The notes under the pieces were generated by a model. That model searched no databases. It saw only the letters and a program-made list of their open reading frames with translations, and was not told the origin of the DNA. The translations under genes were made by a program, and so were the position numbers. From Lytechinus pictus (taxonomy: Eukaryota): a stretch of 64,000 nt of DNA. Below are positions 60,916 to 64,000 of the stretch, piece after piece (positions within the stretch are counted from its first letter, which is position 1; every line of letters starts with the position of its first letter). Location: positions 22,940,001-23,004,000 of the forward strand of contig NC_087248.1 in NCBI RefSeq assembly GCF_037042905.1, read 5' to 3'.

Positions 60916-63289
60916 AGACCAGTGGAATTGGAGGCTACGTGCATACATGCACCCCCCCCCTCTCCCCTCTCAGCTCCCCGAAACTTGATAGGGGTACGTC
61001 ATATTTTTCACTAACTTTACTTGAATATCCGAACATTTTGACAGTTTTACATCAATGGAAGTGCCCAAAACGAGGATTTGTTTTGTTTTGTTTTTCGACT
61101 TGTTGTGGCTCCAGCGATGATTATCAATGGTTTCGCCCTAGTTTTAACATATGACCTCTTTTTAATAATCTCCATCCATTCATTATTTGTCTTCCTGAGA
61201 TAGTCGATGTTTTATTATTCGCAACTTCAAGTATTTTCAAATTAATTATATTCATTGTACTCTTGTGTTAGTCGGCGTTTATCTGCGATGGGACATGGAA
61301 CACTTTTTTCTTATTAAGGATATTTTGATCTAAATTATAATTGAATGAAATTGAAATCTTAGCTGAAACAGAGACTAGATTCACCCGATGGCGCGACTGC
61401 TTTTGCACACGGTTCTATTTCTTTGTACCATATTTGGGCAACCCCATCAATGACTTATTCGACGTCATAGAATACTACGTTCTTACACACACGATCGAAT
61501 CACATGCACTTTCGTTTTGCGTGTACTGTATTGTATTGCAAGTTTTTTGTGTGTGTAACGGCGAGGCGCGCCGCCGCGTATACCAAACCGTGCCGGTACG
61601 ATACGGTATGTAAACATAATAAACGTGTACAAAATACATGTAGCTATACACACACGAACGAACTGGCCATCAGGGAAAAAAGACCGAAGCGGTATACTAT
61701 TTTCATTTCTGAAGTTAATAACTGCAAAGGAGGAATAAGAAAATGATCAAGAATCGATTCAGGAAAGGAAAACACAGAAGTAAGTCATGTCATTTTCAAA
61801 ATGTAGCATGTTCATGTGATAGATTTTACGATAAACAAACTCAAACAGCCGACCCGGCAGAAAACGATCAGTGCATCAGACATGCCACTTTTGTACAATT
61901 GTAGTGAATGGAGCAGGATTTCTCTGAGTCTGAGCTGACTCAAGTCGTCTAGAAAGATGAGACTCGCAAGCAATATTGTTGCAAATTGATGATTGAAAAT
62001 TGACCATGAAGTATATCAGAAGTGTAACTAAATCGAAATGTAACCAGACCAGTCTAGATCTAGCTTTTTCTTCTTCATGTTCATGAAATTAACTGTGACT
62101 AAAGTAGTTTCAAATCCAAGCCGGCCCGGAAGGATTTTGACAAGACACTTAACAACAGTGCAGTGAAACAAGTGACCACTCCCCGCCCCTTCCCGGCTCT
62201 CGACTCGAGTCTAAACACGTTTAATAATGCTGTGAATGTACAAGAGTTGTATCACTTTTATGCCAATGAAGGTGGATCTATGCATTTTTATTTTCATAAT
62301 AGCCTTAGATCTACGTTATACCCAGTTGTTGTGTGTCCGGACAGGTTGTGTGTCCGGACGATCAATTTTAGAAAGTCATTTGGAAAAATTTACAAGGAAA
62401 GTTTTATCAATTTTTAGGCCTAGTACAAAATGTCAGGAAATATTATAGGGAACAAAATAGAAGATGATTACAACTATTGATTTCGTATTTGTAGTGTAAT
62501 CCAATGACAAAAAAGAAGGCTTCAAAAATATAAAGTGTCCGGACACCCGATCCCCCATCCTACATGTTTTTGTAGGGTATGTTTCCTCTGAAAATGATTT
62601 AGGCACTATTTCTAACTTGTTGCCTTTAAGTTTTGCTTTGCTTTCCTTTGCCTGGCTTTTGATCTGCATGTATTGTAGAGTCGAGAAGTAAAAAAGTTAG
62701 AGATCTAGATTGAATTCTAGCTTGTTTTATTGTCTAGAATCTATTTTTGTTAATGTTGGATAGAACTTACAGTTACATGTAACTTAAGACTAAGTCTTGA
62801 TCTAGATCTAACTAAGAATGTCGAGTTGACTAAAGTGTTAAAGTGAACTCCTTGGCTGAATTATCTGTAATCTTTTTAACGTTAATTGCCAAACTCTTCC
62901 ATATTTCATCATGTATGAATTTTACATTTTGCCTAAGAATGTCTTGTCTTTCCGTTAATGCCCACAATCATTATATTGATTAGTATGGCATATGAACGTC
63001 AAGATTGCATGTGAAGAATGCATGTTCTTCCTTTATTTTGATAGTCTAAATAGAATGAAATGCAATAAAATTAAGAACAAATAACTAACTCCCATTGTCT
63101 TTCTCACTATGGACCATGGGATTCTTCTCAGCAACAGGGATAAAGATAGCCATTTTATTTTGTTATAATATAAATAAATTAAACCTGTATTATTTTCTAT
63201 TGACTGACATACATGTACATGTAATATTTATGCCTGCATTTTTATTCCTCAAATTCTTCTTGAAATCCTCATCCCACAGGCAACAATAC

Positions 63290-63417
63290 AGTACCAGTTA
63301 ACATTCTTTGACTACCTGTTTACCTGTTTCACCAGAGAACAATAGATTCAGTGGACCAAATCTATTGTTCTCTGGTGAAACAGGTAAACAGGTAGTCAAA
63401 GAATGGTTACTGGTACT
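63290..63417. mobile_element. Near-perfect ~128-bp hairpin element
   Basis: cattctttgactacctgtttacctgtttcaccagagaacaatagatt with an exact reverse complement after a short loop. Confidence 0.8.
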
Positions 63418-64000
63418 CCTTCCTTTATGAAACACTAATACATGTATGTCAAAGACCATTGATTTTGAATAATTTAAATTTTAATGTTTATTTTGATATG
63501 TAAAACATTTAATTGTTCAATATCAAGCTTGTTGTTTAGGTTCAGTATTGGTGATTGCAATTTTGATGTCATGCTAAATGATACATTTTGATCGATATCT
63601 TGTTTTCTTTATTTGTCTAAACATGAACTTGTAAGGAAAAATGTTGTAAATTTTAGATCAAAAAAGGAAAATTTTTGTTAATTTTAGATCAAAAAAGGAA
63701 AAATGTTGTCAATTTTAGATTGATAGAATAATTAGGCCTATTCCATTCAAAATGATAAAAAACAGAACATTGTAACATACATGTACATTCAAAGTTAACC
63801 TACATTAAATGGAACATTGATAAAAAAGAAAACAATATCAATGAATAAATATTTTATGGGGGGGAGAGTAGGCCAAAGTACTGTATGAATAAATGAGGAG
63901 TACTAACACCTTAACAAAACTGGAAACTGAAAAATATGAAATCATGACTGTAATGTAATTAAATATACCAGACTGTCCAGATTGACATTGAGCATAGAAA

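Overview
AT-rich, intron-rich, repeat-dense animal genomic DNA. The repeat landscape looks echinoderm/sea-urchin-like, which is an inference. There are two assembly gaps. Three protein-coding genes are supported. (1) An uncharacterised ~352-aa basic/coiled-coil protein in a single coding exon (+, ATG 6611, stop 7669), with RFX X-box-like motifs. (2) A complete MAP3K7/TAK1 gene (-, 16 phase-consistent coding exons, 34852 to 12917, ~703 aa). (3) A complete LANCL3-like lanthionine synthetase C-like gene (+, 5 coding exons, 40505 to 50521, ~419 aa), head-to-head with TAK1. The remainder is mostly non-autonomous DNA transposons/MITEs (often nested, several with visible TSDs and paralogous empty sites), Helentron/DINE-1-like elements, tRNA-derived SINEs, LINE remnants and microsatellites. 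Most notable are a 147-bp TSD-flanked insert carrying a minimal hammerhead ribozyme beside a TAK1 splice acceptor, a perfect NF-kB site just upstream of the TAK1 ATG, and four separate local duplications copying splice sites or the stop region of TAK1 and LANCL3. Exon structures were read by eye; no database searches were run.
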